Source of the DNA: Macrostomum lignano
Taxonomy: Eukaryota
Assembly: GCA_002269645.1 (NCBI GenBank)
Contig: NIVC01002120.1
Span: forward strand, 103,866-167,865
Direction: 5' to 3'
Length of the DNA: 64,000 nt
Made by a program: the position numbers and the translations under genes. Under the pieces are notes generated by a model. The model was not told the origin of the DNA and did no database searches. It saw nothing but the letters and a program-made list of their open reading frames with translations. Each line of letters starts with the position of its first letter. The first letter of the stretch is position 1. Positions 26,201 through 39,464 of this stretch are shown here, in pieces.

Positions 26201-29200
26201 TGGCAGCATTGGCAGCCTTGGCAGTACCACCCACAGAGCTACTTAGATCAAAGAGCCAGGCCTAGCTCTGCAATATCACTCAAACACACAGAGCTCTTGG
26301 AACCGTTATAATCTTCATCTAACTGACTCACCGGCCTCTGTATATCTTAGCAGCCTTGGCTGTGCCTTGGCAGTATTGGCAGCCATGGCTGTCCTATACT
26401 TAGAACAAAGAGCCAGGCCTAGCTCTGCAATATCACTCAAACACACAGAGCTCTTGGAACCGTTATAATCTTCATCTAACTGACTCACCGGCCTCTGTAT
26501 ATCTTAGCAGCCTTGGCTGTTCCTTGGCAGCATTGGCAGCCTTGGCAGTACCACCCACAGAGCTACTTAGATCAAAGAGCCAGGCCTAGCTCTGCAATAT
26601 CACTCAAACACACAGAGCTCTTGGAACCGTTATAATCTTCATCTAACTGACTCACTGGCCTCTGTATATCTTAGCAGCCTTGGCTGTCCTATACTTAGAA
26701 CAAAGAGCCAGGCCCTGCTCTGCAATATCACTCAAACGCACAGAGCTCTTGGAACCGTTATAATCTTCCTCTAACTGACTCACCGGCCTCGGTATAGCTT
26801 AGCAGCCTTGGCTGTGCCTCGGCAGCATTGGCAGCCTTGGTATTACCACCCACAGAGCTACTTAGAACAAAGAGCCAGGCCTAGCTCTGCAATATCACTC
26901 AAACACACAGAGCTGTTGCAGTCGCTATAATCCTCATCTAACTGACTCACTTTTATGTACCTGCCGCTGAATGTCCCAGCAACAGTTATATTGTGTATTT
27001 AAAATATCAAAAGCGCATAATTGAAAAAGATGCCAGTACGATGACTGTCACTTTAGCAGGTTGGCTGAACGAGTTACGAAATGGATGCAAATAAAATTAG
27101 AAGGCGAAGGTGGGAAGAATCGAGATGAGGGCAAGGCCAAGGCCGTACGCGAGCTTATTTAGATAAAACACAGAACATGCAATTCTAGGGTCGCAAAGAT
27201 AAAGATTAGGGTTTGAGCTAGCTCGTAAACAATGAGAAAAGGTGAAAAGTTGCTTGAACCAAGTGTGGCTGGAGTTGAGGAGAAATCGATAATGAAAGGT
27301 ATATAGTTTTGAAAGAACAGAAAACAATTAAATAGGCACAGGTTAGCCTTACTCTGCGACAAACAGTCCGTCTGGCATGGTCTAACTCAGCATTTTCACT
27401 CAAACACACAGAGCTCCTGCAACCGTTATAATCTTCATCTAACTGACTCACTGGCCTCTGTATATCTTAGCAGCCTTGGCTGTCCTATTTAGAACAAAGA
27501 GCCAGCCCCAACTCAGAATTTTCACTCAAACACACAGAGCTCCTGCAACCGTTATAATCTTCATCTAACTGAGTCACTGGCCTCTGTATATCTTAGCAGC
27601 CTTGGCTGTGCCTTGGCAGTATTGGCAGCCTTGGCAGTACCACCCACAGAGCTACTTAGATCAAAGAGCCAGGCCTAGCTCTGCAATATCACTCAAACAC
27701 ACAGAGCTCTTGGAACCGTTATAATCTTCATCTAACTCACTCACCGGCCTCTGTATATCTTAGCAGCCTTGGCTGTGCCTTGGCAGTATTGGCAGCCTTG
27801 GCAGTACCACCCACAGAGCTACTTAGAACAAAGAGCCAGGCCCAGCTCTGCAATATCACTCAAACACACAGAGCTCTTGGAACCGTTATAATCTTCATCT
27901 AACTGACTCACTGGCCTCTGTATATCTTAGCAGCCTTGGCTGTCCTATACTTAGAACAAAGAGCCAGCCCCAACTCAGCATTTTCACTCAAACACACAGA
28001 GCTCTTGGAACCGTTATAATCTTCATCTAACTGACTCACCGGCCTCTGTATATCTTAGCAGCCTTGGCTGTGCCTTGGCAGTATTGGCAGCCATGGCTGT
28101 CCTATACTTAGAACAAAGAGCCAGGCCTAGCTCTGCAATATCACTCAAACACACAGAGCTCTTGGAACCGTTATAATCTTCATCTAACTGACTCACCGGC
28201 CTCTGTATATCTTAGCAGCCTTGGCTGTTCCTTGGCAGCATTGGCAGCCTTGGCAGTACCACCCACAGAGCTACTTAGATCAAAGAGCCAGGCCTAGCTC
28301 TGCAATATCACTCAAACACACAGAGCTCTTGGAACCGTTATAATCTTCATCTAACTGACTCACTGGCCTCTGTATATCTTAGCAGCCTTGGCTGTCCTAT
28401 ACTTAGAACAAAGAGCCAGGCCCTGCTCTGCAATATCACTCAAACGCACAGAGCTCTTGGAACCGTTATAATCTTCCTCTAACTGACTCACCGGCCTCGG
28501 TATAGCTTAGCAGCCTTGGCTGTGCCTCGGCAGCATTGGCAGCCTTGGTATTACCACCCACAGAGCTACTTAGAACAAAGAGCCAGGCCTAGCTCTGCAA
28601 TATCACTCAAACACACAGAGCTGTTGCAGTCGCTATAATCCTCATCTAACTGACTCACTTTTATGTACCTGCCGCTGAATGTCCCAGCAACAGTTATATT
28701 GTGTATTTAAAATATCAAAAGCGCATAATTGAAAAAGATGCCAGTACGATGACTGTCACTTTAGCAGGTTGGCTGAACGAGTTACGAAATGGATGCAAAT
28801 AAAATTAGAAGGCGAAGGTGGGAAGAATCGAGATGAGGGCAAGGCCAAGGCCGTACGCGAGCTTATTTAGATAAAACACAGAACATGCAATTCTAGGGTC
28901 GCAAAGATAAAGATTAGGGTTTGAGCTAGCTCGTAAACAATGAGAAAAGGTGAAAAGTTGCTTGAACCAAGTGTGGCTGGAGTTGAGGAGAAATCGATAA
29001 TGAAAGGTATATAGTTTTGAAAGAACAGAAAACAATTAAATAGGCACAGGTTAGCCTTACTCTGCGACAAACAGTCCGTCTGGCATGGTCTAACTCAGCA
29101 TTTTCACTCAAACACACAGAGCTCCTGCAACCGTTATAATCTTCATCTAACTGACTCACTGGCCTCTGTATATCTTAGCAGCCTTGGCTGTCCTATTTAG

Positions 29201-32200
29201 AACAAAGAGCCAGCCCCAACTCAGAATTTTCACTCAAACACACAGAGCTCCTGCAACCGTTATAATCTTCATCTAACTGAGTCACTGGCCTCTGTATATC
29301 TTAGCAGCCTTGGCTGTGCCTTGGCAGTATTGGCAGCCTTGGCAGTACCACCCACAGAGCTACTTAGATCAAAGAGCCAGGCCTAGCTCTGCAATATCAC
29401 TCAAACACACAGAGCTCTTGGAACCGTTATAATCTTCATCTAACTCACTCACCGGCCTCTGTATATCTTAGCAGCCTTGGCTGTGCCTTGGCAGTATTGG
29501 CAGCCTTGGCAGTACCACCCACAGAGCTACTTAGAACAAAGAGCCAGGCCCAGCTCTGCAATATCACTCAAACACACAGAGCTCTTGGAACCGTTATAAT
29601 CTTCATCTAACTGACTCACTGGCCTCTGTATATCTTAGCAGCCTTGGCTGTCCTATACTTAGAACAAAGAGCCAGCCCCAACTCAGCATTTTCACTCAAA
29701 CACACAGAGCTCTTGGAACCGTTATAATCTTCATCTAACTGACTCACCGGCCTCTGTATATCTTAGCAGCCTTGGCTGTGCCTTGGCAGTATTGGCAGCC
29801 ATGGCTGTCCTATACTTAGAACAAAGAGCCAGGCCTAGCTCTGCAATATCACTCAAACACACAGAGCTCTTGGAACCGTTATAATCTTCATCTAACTGAC
29901 TCACCGGCCTCTGTATATCTTAGCAGCCTTGGCTGTTCCTTGGCAGCATTGGCAGCCTTGGCAGTACCACCCACAGAGCTACTTAGATCAAAGAGCCAGG
30001 CCTAGCTCTGCAATATCACTCAAACACACAGAGCTCTTGGAACCGTTATAATCTTCATCTAACTGAGTCACTGGCCTCTGTATATCTTAGCAGCCTTGGC
30101 TGTCCTATACTTAGAACAAAGAGCCAGGCCCTGCTCTGCAATATCACTCAAACGCACAGAGCTCTTGGAACCGTTATAATCTTCCTCTAACTGACTCACC
30201 GGCCTCGGTATAGCTTAGCAGCCTTGGCTGTGCCTCGGCAGCATTGGCAGCCTTGGTATTACCACCCACAGAGCTACTTAGAACAAAGAGCCAGGCCTAG
30301 CTCTGCAATATCACTCAAACACACAGAGCTGTTGCAGTCGCTATAATCCTCATCTAACTGACTCACTTTTATGTACCTACCGCTGAATGTCCCAGCAACA
30401 GTTATATTGTGTATTTAAAATATCAAAAGCGCATAATTGAAAAAGATGCCAGTACGATGACTGTCACTTTAGCAGGTTGGCTGAACGAGTTACGAAATGG
30501 ATGCAAATAAAATTAGAAGGCGAAGGTGGGAAGAATCGAGATGAGGGCAAGGCCAAGGCCGTACGCGAGCTTATTTAGATAAAACACAGAACATGCAATT
30601 CTAGGGTCGCAAAGATAAAGATTAGGGTTTGAGCTAGCTCGTAAACAATGAGAAAAGGTGAAAAGTTGCTTGAACCATGTGTGGCTGGAGTTGAGGAGAA
30701 ATCGATAATGAAAGGTATATAGTTTTGAAAGAACAGAAAACAATTAAATAGGCACAGGTTAGCCTTACTCTGCGACAAACAGTCCGTCTGGCATGGTCTA
30801 ACTCAGCATTTTCACTCAAACACACAGAGCTCCTGCAACCGTTATAATCTTCATCTAACTGACTCACTGGCCTCTGTATATCTTAGCAGCCTTGGCTGTC
30901 CTATTTAGAACAAAGAGCCAGCCCCAACTCAGAATTTTCACTCAAACACACAGAGCTCCTGCAACCGTTATAATCTTCATCTAACTGAGTCACTGGCCTC
31001 TGTATATCTTAGCAGCCTTGGCTGTGCCTTGGCAGTATTGGCAGCCTTGGCAGTACCACCCACAGAGCTACTTAGATCAAAGAGCCAGGCCTAGCTCTGC
31101 AATATCACTCAAACACACAGAGCTCTTGGAACCGTTATAATCTTCATCTAACTCACTCACCGGCCTCTGTATATCTTAGCAGCCTTGGCTGTGCCTTGGC
31201 AGTATTGGCAGCCTTGGCAGTACCACCCACAGAGCTACTTAGAACAAAGAGCCAGGCCCAGCTCTGCAATATCACTCAAACACACAGAGCTCTTGGAACC
31301 GTTATAATCTTCATCTAACTGACTCACTGGCCTCTGTATATCTTAGCAGCCTTGGCTGTCCTATACTTAGAACAAAGAGCCAGCCCCAACTCAGCATTTT
31401 CACTCAAACACACAGAGCTCTTGGAACCGTTATAATCTTCATCTAACTGACTCACCGGCCTCTGTATATCTTAGCAGCCTTGGCTGTGCCTTGGCAGTAT
31501 TGGCAGCCATGGCTGTCCTATACTTAGAACAAAGAGCCAGGCCTAGCTCTGCAATATCACTCAAACACACAGAGCTCTTGGAACCGTTATAATCTTCATC
31601 TAACTGACTCACCGGCCTCTGTATATCTTAGCAGCCTTGGCTGTTCCTTGGCAGCATTGGCAGCCTTGGCAGTACCACCCACAGAGCTACTTAGATCAAA
31701 GAGCCAGGCCTAGCTCTGCAATATCACTCAAACACACAGAGCTCTTGGAACCGTTATAATCTTCATCTAACTGAGTCACTGGCCTCTGTATATCTTAGCA
31801 GCCTTGGCTGTCCTATACTTAGAACAAAGAGCCAGGCCCTGCTCTGCAATATCACTCAAACGCACAGAGCTCTTGGAACCGTTATAATCTTCCTCTAACT
31901 GACTCACCGGCCTCGGTATAGCTTAGCAGCCTTGGCTGTGCCTCGGCAGCATTGGCAGCCTTGGTATTACCACCCACAGAGCTACTTAGAACAAAGAGCC
32001 AGGCCTAGCTCTGCAATATCACTCAAACACACAGAGCTGTTGCAGTCGCTATAATCCTCATCTAACTGACTCACTTTTATGTACCTACCGCTGAATGTCC
32101 CAGCAACAGTTATATTGTGTATTTAAAATATCAAAAGCGCATAATTGAAAAAGATGCCAGTACGATGACTGTCACTTTAGCAGGTTGGCTGAACGAGTTA

Positions 32201-32812
32201 CGAAATGGATGCAAATAAAATTAGAAGGCGAAGGTGGGAAGAATCGAGATGAGGGCAAGGCCAAGGCCGTACGCGAGCTTATTTAGATAAAACACAGAAC
32301 ATGCAATTCTAGGGTCGCAAAGATAAAGATTAGGGTTTGAGCTAGCTCGTAAACAATGAGAAAAGGTGAAAAGTTGCTTGAACCATGTGTGGCTGGAGTT
32401 GAGGAGAAATCGATAATGAAAGGTATATAGTTTTGAAAGAACAGAAAACAATTAAATAGGCACAGGTTAGCCTTACTCTGCGACAAACAGTCCGTCTGGC
32501 ATGGTCTAACTCAGCATTTTCACTCAAACACACAGAGCTCCTGCAACCGTTATAATCTTCATCTAACTGACTCACTGGCCTCTGTATATCTTAGCAGCCT
32601 TGGCTGTCCTATTTAGAACAAAGAGCCAGCCCCAACTCAGAATTTTCACTCAAACACACAGAGCTCCTGCAACCGTTATAATCTTCATCTAACTGAGTCA
32701 CTGGCCTCTGTATATCTTAGCAGCCTTGGCTGTGCCTTGGCAATATTTGGCAGCCTTGGCTGTCCTATACTTAGAACAAAGAGCCAGGCCTAGCTCTGCA
32801 ATATCACTCAAA
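17300..32812. repeat. Higher-order satellite (monomers of about 128/157/167 bp plus a spacer of about 440 bp; periods 1708/2531/1747 bp)
   Basis: Spacer-borne ORFs recur at 18580, 20288, 22819, 25350, 27097, 28805, 30513 and 32221. Monomer core CTCACYGGCCTCTGTATATCTTAGCAGCCTTGGCTGT...CATCTAACTGA. Confidence 0.95.
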
Positions 32813-33931
32813 CTCAAGGAGCAGAGACATTAAAAAGCGATGACGGGGTGCTGAGCTTTTAGTGAAAGCAGTTTTCGTTTTGGCCTTTTTCTTCAGCAGT
32901 GAATGCTTCACGTGTGTGAAATGTGAGTCAGTTGTATCCGCTGCTACACCTAGAAGTATTAGTATCCCTTAATTTTCGATCTCGATTTTTTATTTTTCAG
33001 TTTGTTTTTTTGTATATCCCTATATAATTTCTGTTTTGATTGTCTCGCAGCAGCATTCCTACTGCCGTAGGCAGGGAAATACTTCGATATTACTTACTCT
33101 TTGTTCCACTAGTAGCCTGGAGAGACAATTAATTCGAAATCCTCGAAGCTGTTAGGAATCGGTTCGAGATTTTTGGTCCTTAATATAGGTAATTTTGTCC
33201 GCCAGGGCGACATGTAATTTCGTCCGTTCCCAAGTAATTGCCTTCTCCCCATCTCGGAGACCAGCCCCGCAGTCGCCCCTCAGCCCGCTGTCCCAGGCAG
33301 CCACAGGCGGAGTTGCCAACGTTCCCAATTTTCGCTTCATTTTTGCTGCTCCCTGGAGAGCCGCCTCCTCTTCATCTGCGGAGTCCCAGCAGCTCCGGGA
33401 CAGGAAAATGATATGGGAAAATTGGGGGGGGGGAACTGATATCGGGCGGCCGCTCCGGAGAGCCAGCTGGCACTGCGCAAACACAGCAGTCCGCCTTGCG
33501 CATCAATCTTCTCAGGACGGCTCCCCCCTCTGTCTGATCAGCAGAGTCCCAAGATGATCGAAGAAATTTTTAAGTAGCCGGTCAAATATTTTTGGTTGGC
33601 AATTTCGGTTGAGTGATTGGCTTGCAGAGGCTGGCGTTGGGAGAGGAGAAATTGAAATTTTCGAGTTCAACAACAAAAGCAAAAGCCGGCAGAAACTCGT
33701 CCAACTTACAGTGTCTGTCAGAGTTGAGGCCTGGAATGAAGGTGCGAAGTTTAGAAATTTCTATCTTATGCAAATTTTCTGGTGTCATAAAAACCCGCAT
33801 AGTTTGGAATAGTTTTGGGACTTCCCTTATTAACGAGTATTTTTGGAATCCCCATTATCTATACTTGGGAAATTTTGGTATCAGCAAAAATACTATGGAA
33901 TTCACTATAATAAAGTACTTTGGGAGTTTCT

Positions 33932-34553
33932 ATTAGCAAGTACTTTAGGGAATCCCCCTATTAGCAAGTACTTTAGGGAATCCCCCTATTAGCAAGTACT
34001 TTAGGGAATCCCCCTATTAGCAAGTACTTTAGGGAATCCCCCATTAGCAAGTACTTTAGGGAATCCCCCATTAGCAAGTACTTTAGGGAATCCCCCATTA
34101 GCAAGTACTTTAGGGAATCCCTCTATTAGCAAATACTTTAGGGAATCCCCCTTATTAGCAAGTACTTTAGGGAATCCCCCTATTACCAAGTACTTTAGGG
34201 AATACCCCTATTACAAAGTACTTTAGGGAATCCCCCCATTAGCAAGTACTTTAGGGAATCCCCCTATTACCAAGTACTTTAGGGAATACCCCTATTACAA
34301 AGTACTTTAGGGAATCCCCCTTATTAGCAAGTACTTTAGGGAATCCCCCTATTACCAAGTACTTTAGGGAATACCCCTATTACAAAGTACTTTAGGGAAT
34401 CCCCCCATTAGCAAGTACTTTAGGGAATCCCCCTATTACCAAGTACTTTAGGGAATACCCCTATTACAAAGTACTTTAGGGAATCCCCCCATTAGCAAGT
34501 ACTTTAGGGAATCCCCCTATTAGCAAGTATTTTAGGGAATTCCCTATTAGCAA
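33932..34553. repeat. 28-bp minisatellite
   Basis: TTAGCAAGTACTTTAGGGAATCCCCCTA, about 22 copies. Confidence 0.92.
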
Positions 34554-34620
34554 GAACTGTGCGGAATTCACCCCAAAAAACAAAAATTTCTGTCCCCCAT
34601 CAGCCTAAAGCGCCGCTCAC

Positions 34621-36636
34621 CCAGGCCAAAGTCCAGCCAGAACAGGCCGTCTCCATCGCCAGACTCGATCTCGTACACCAGCCCGAACTCGCCGCCGCCT
34701 TCGCCGACCTCCGCTGACACGAGGGCCACCAGGGCACCAATCGAGAGCGATTCGGGGGCCGCGACGGCGCGGAACTCCGGCCGAAAGATCGGCTGGCCGG
34801 CCAGCAGCACCGCCACCCGCGCCACCGCCCCAACCGAGCGGCCTCCGCCGTCAGCGGCTCGAACGCCAACGAGGGCGACGGCGCCGGACGGCAGGGCGCG
34901 CCGCAGGCTGAGGCCGCCGTGGCTGGCGTTCAGCACGAAAGCGTCGCGGAACTCCGGCGAGGTCACCGAAGCGTCCAGCTGGTAGGTGACGTCACCGAAC
35001 ATGCCAGAGTCGGCGTCCAGGGCCCGCAACGTCAGGAGGTGCCGGCCGGGGACGGCGGCCGCCGGGCGCAGGATGGCACCGTACGGCTGCCCAAGCAGCC
35101 GGGGCGAATTGTCGTTGATGTCGGACACGTCGACAAACACGACACCGCGGCCGACGCGCCGGCCGAGGCCGTCCACGCGGATGTTGACGGCGAGTCGCCG
35201 GTCCGGGCCGCCGTGGGCGCCGCGCAAGCCGTCAGCGTCGATGCCGGATGTCGCGGACAGTCGGCCGGTGGTCGGGTGCACGGCGAAATGTCCGGTGTGG
35301 ATGGCGCCCGGCCCGGCCAGGCTGTAACCGACCGGCTGTCCGATCGGCCTTGGCCGAGCTCGAAAGTCAACAAGCCGCGGCGCCGTGGTCTCCTCCTGGA
35401 TGGTGACCGCCAGGCCTTCCGGGCGCAACGTTAAGATTGCGGCCTCGGTGGCTGCGACAACTGAGACGCTGATGTTGCCAAGACTCCGGCCGCGGCGGCC
35501 ACCGGATGATGTCATCAGCGTCAGGTTGCGCCGTCCAGGGGTCAGCGGTGCCGTCGGGGTCTCCAGTGCCGCAGTCAGCCAGCCGGTGTCGGGGTCGAGC
35601 TGCACGAAGCTGACGGCAGCGCCCGACTCATCGGCGAGGCGGACGGCGGACCGCGCCGCTCCCAGCAGGCGCGCCAGCCGCATTCCCGGGTAGGTCGGAA
35701 GTTCGAGCCTCAGGTTGGCCGAGGGCCAGACTTGGATGAAGTTCGGAGACTGTGGCGGCGGGCCGTCGAGTTCGACTCGAACGCTGAGATGTCGGAGGCT
35801 GCGCAGCGACGTCGGGCTGCCGCGGTCGCGGGCGAACACGCGGAAGTCGAAGACCCGCGGCATCAGCTGCGACGCCTGCAGACTCTGCGGTCGGAGGCGC
35901 AAGACGCCGACGTCGGGGTCGACAGCAAAGATGCGCGCCGCCTGCACCTCCGGGATCTCGTAGGTCACCATTGCGTTGGCGCCAAGATCCCCGTCCGTGG
36001 CGCGCACCCGCAGCGGCGCCCGCCCGGACGCATCGAGGACAAGGCTGCTGCTGCTGGACAATTTGCCGGACAGCCGGCCGGCAGTGGACTCGAACTCGGG
36101 ACGGTTGTCGTTGGCATCTTCGATGAGGACGGAGAGGTCGGCGGCGCCGGTCCGGCCGGTCCAGAGGTCGCGCGCCGTGACGCGCAGCCGCCGCAGGTCG
36201 CCGCCCGCAGCCTCGCGGTCCGGAGCGCCGGTCGCAGCGGAGATGAACAGCGCGGCGGAGGCGGGGGTGGCCGGGCCGGCCAGCTCGGACACGCTGAGAC
36301 CGATCGGATGTCCGGGCGGAGCTCCGGTGACGTCAACAATGGTTAGAAAAGCGCGCAGCTGATCGGCGGCCTCCGAGACGGCAACCAGGGCGGACCGGGG
36401 CGACACCGTCAGCGGCGGCTGCGAGCTCCATGGCGGTGACTCCTCAGTCGGCGACGGTGGCGACGGCGCTGCGGCGATGGTCAGCGGGTAGCTGGCGGTC
36501 AGAGGCGGCCGGCCACCGTCCGAGACGGTAACAGTAAGGCGGTGGGGCACGGTCGAGACCGCGGCTGGGTTGACCGGTAGAGCAGCGCGGATGCGGCCGG
36601 TCAGCGGGTCGATGGCGAAGAGTCCAAGCTGGTTGC
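34621..36636 (-). CDS. FAT: Fat-like cadherin exon 8
   Basis: ctggcag|GC AAC CAG, continuous with ORF 34568..36550; EDANDNRPEF, ATDGDLGANA, DINDNSPRL and LDADSG motifs; donor G|GTGAGC; 2016 nt, phase 1-1. Confidence 0.92.
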
Positions 36637-36689
36637 CTGCCAGTTAGTAGGGGGTTCACTAATAATCCTTCTCTCAGAAGCTGGGTTCC

Positions 36690-37005
36690 TTTCCTGAAGC
36701 TCCCATCGCCCTGAAGCTCGAGTCCCATCGCCCTGAAGCTCGAGTCTCACATTCCTGAAGCTCGAATCCCACCTCACTGAAGCTCGAATCCCACCTCACT
36801 GAAGCTCGAATCCCATCTCACTGAAGCTCGAATCCCACCTCAGTGAAGCTCGAATCCCTCCGCCCTGAAGCTCGAATCCCACCTCACTGAAGCTCAAATC
36901 CCACCTCACTGAAGCTCGAATCCCACCTCACTGAAGCTCAAATCCGACCTCACTGAAGCTCGAATCCCACCTCAGTGAAGCTCGAATCCCATCGCCCTGA
37001 ATCTC
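36690..37005. repeat. 22-bp minisatellite
   Basis: CCCACCTCACTGAAGCTCGAAT in tandem. Confidence 0.88.
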
Positions 37006-37574
37006 ATTCTATAATTCGTTTTCCTGGGATCTATAGGGAACTAAAAAACTGAAATCCCCATCTGGTTTTTAAACTCAACCGAGAGTCTCCCCGGATGCCC
37101 AGTCTGTACTCAGTGAGCTCAGAAACCCCCTTGCAATTAGCGGGGCACTTCAAGGCCGTATGACGCAGAAAAACTAAAAGAAAAGTACTGCGGGCGGCGC
37201 CGAGGCACCGGTGTTCAACAGGGGAACTCCCAGCCTGCCGCGAGTCCCTGGAGCCGGACAGCCCGCGGGGGATCAGTCCCGGCTCAGTCCGGCTCGGATT
37301 AGCATAATCCTTTTACGGGAGAGAGCTGGAAGGCAGAAGTGCCCAGTGTGGCATCTTCGCTACATTTCTTCATACTGAGGGCCGGCAGGGATTCCCAAAT
37401 TGCTGGCTGAGTTCGATCCCCCGAGCCGGCTTGCTGGGGGGGGGGGTAAAAATCCGCACTTGCCTGCGCCACGTGACCTGCAGCGCCGGGCTGAGAGTGG
37501 AATAATAATTATTTGATGGCTCTCAAGACTTCGGCTCGAGTGAGTGCAGGTGACCGCTCGTATCCTCGTATCCT

Positions 37575-37830
37575 CCCTCTCATTTCTCCTCTCATTCCCC
37601 CCTCATTCCCCTCTCATTTCTCCTCTCATTCCCCCTCTCATTCCCCATCTCATTCCCCATCTCATTCCCCCTCTCATTCCCCATCTCATTCCCCATCTCA
37701 TTCCCCATCTCATTCCCCCTCTCATTCCCCATCTCATTCCCCCCTCATTCCCGCTCTCATTCTCCATCTCATTCCCCCTCTCATTCCCCATCTCATTCCC
37801 CAACTCATTTTCCATCACATTCCACGTCTC
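37575..37830. repeat. 12-bp repeat
   Basis: CTCATTCCCCAT/CCT in tandem. Confidence 0.85.
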
Positions 37831-38099
37831 ATTCCTATCTTATTTCCTGCCCCATGTCCCATCTCGTTTCCCCTCGTTAGGTTTATTTTGCTAACATCAA
37901 TGTTGTCATTTCCTTTCCAGCCAGCGTTCTACCATGGGATGCTGCTGCAACCACAAAGCAGCGCTGATTCCCAGAGGCTTCTCTGTTTGCTATGAAAATA
38001 ATTTCTGCTTTTGTGGAAGCCGCAGTCAGGACTCAGTTAACAGGCATTTAAGAAGATTGGTGATTTGATGACTGCAAAGATGTTTTGTGAGTTTCTGCA

Positions 38100-38802
38100 C
38101 CTTTTCTATTCCTGTCCTATTCCTGCCTTGTTCCTGTTGTTCCTGTTCTGTTCCTGTCTTGTTCCTGTTCTGTTCCTGTTCTGTTCCTGTTCTGTTCCTG
38201 CCTTATTCCTGTTGTTCCTGTTCTGTTCCTGCCTTATTCCTGTTCTGCTCCTGTTCTGTTCCTGTTGTTCCTGTCTTGTTCCTGTTCTGTTCCTGCCTTG
38301 TTCCTGTTCTGTTCCTGTTCTGTTCCTGCCTTGTTCCTGTTGTTCCTGTTCTGTTCCTGTCTTGTTCCTGTTCTGTTCCTGTTCTGTTCCTGCCTTGTTC
38401 CTGTTGTTCCTGTTCTGTTCCTGTCTTGTTCCTGTTCTGTTCCTGTTCTGTTCCTGTTTTGTTCCTGTTTTGTTCCTGTTCTGTTCCTGTCTTGTTCCTG
38501 TTCTGTTCCTGTTCTGTTCCTGTTTTGTTCCTGTCCTGTTTTGTTCCTGTTCTGTTCCTGTTCTGTTCCTGTCCTGTTCCTATTCTGTTCCTGTTCTGTT
38601 CCTGTCCTGTTCCTGCTGTTCCTGTTCTGTTCCTGTTTTGTTCCTGTTCTGTTCCTGTTCTGTTCCTGTTCTGTTCCTGTCCTGTTCCTGCTGTTCCTGT
38701 TCTGTTCCTGTTCTGTTCCTGTTCTGTTCCTGTCCTGTTCCTGCTGTTCCTGTTCTGTTCCTGTTCTGTTCCTGTTCTGTTCCTGTTCTGTTCCTGTTCC
38801 TG
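38100..38802. repeat. GTTCCT/GTTCT simple repeat
   Basis: GTTCCTGTTCT-based tandem. Confidence 0.9.
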
Positions 38803-39464
38803 CCAGTTTGATGGGCGGAGCAAAAGCAGAAGAGGTATTTATGGAGTGACGCATTTATGAAGTCGAAGGGGTTGCGACAGGCGCCGCAAGAAGTCCAAGC
38901 GCCAGACAAAAACGCAAAGCAAAGCCACCCAGCGGAGAGACAATAAAGGTAAGCAAGATTTTTCACTTCCACAAAAAGGGGAAGCCAGTTTTAGCTCCGG
39001 GGGCTAATTGCTGTGCCGTCGCCCGTATCGCCCAGAGTGATCTTGGGATTCTTGTTCGATCTGCCGCCCCCGAACCGTCTGCACTTGCAGTCTGCAGTCT
39101 GGGCACCAGTGCCTTCCTACACTGCCGGTTCATGGGAAAGGGAATTCCCGTGCTGCCTGTCAATGGGGAGTTGCAATCCAGACATGGGAACTCTACGGCT
39201 GCCCACTCCAATATCGACTGCGCCCTTTCGATGCCAAGAGTGCAAACGCCTGCTGTAGCCGCTGATAACAGACTTAGGAAATTAGGCTAATTTATGAATT
39301 TGCTGTACCTGCGCCTTGTTAGTTGGCGGTGTCTGATAGGTTTATTGGCGGGACCACCGCATACCTAAAGTGCCTGTCTGGCAAGTATTCCTGGAATCTC
39401 ACTAATTAACCATATTGACCACAGTTTTGATTCTTTAAAAGAACATTATGAAGCTGCTTGTAAT

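Noticed and set aside
18580-32575. Eight recurring 67-77 aa ORF triplets in the higher-order repeat spacer as a tandem gene family
   Set aside because: They are overlapping short ORFs (the 76-aa one starts at TTG, not ATG) with no recognisable domain, and the diverged spacer at 16997-17300 does not obviously preserve them.
17300-32812. CRISPR-like or SL RNA/5S/snRNA array
   Set aside because: The context is eukaryotic, the spacers are identical rather than unique, and I saw no recognisable RNA-gene motifs.
38065-38972. Long ORFs in simple repeats (poly-Cys/Ser/Val, EQEQ, SQSV, ERQR, QPP etc.)
   Set aside because: They are translations of stop-free micro- and minisatellites inside introns.
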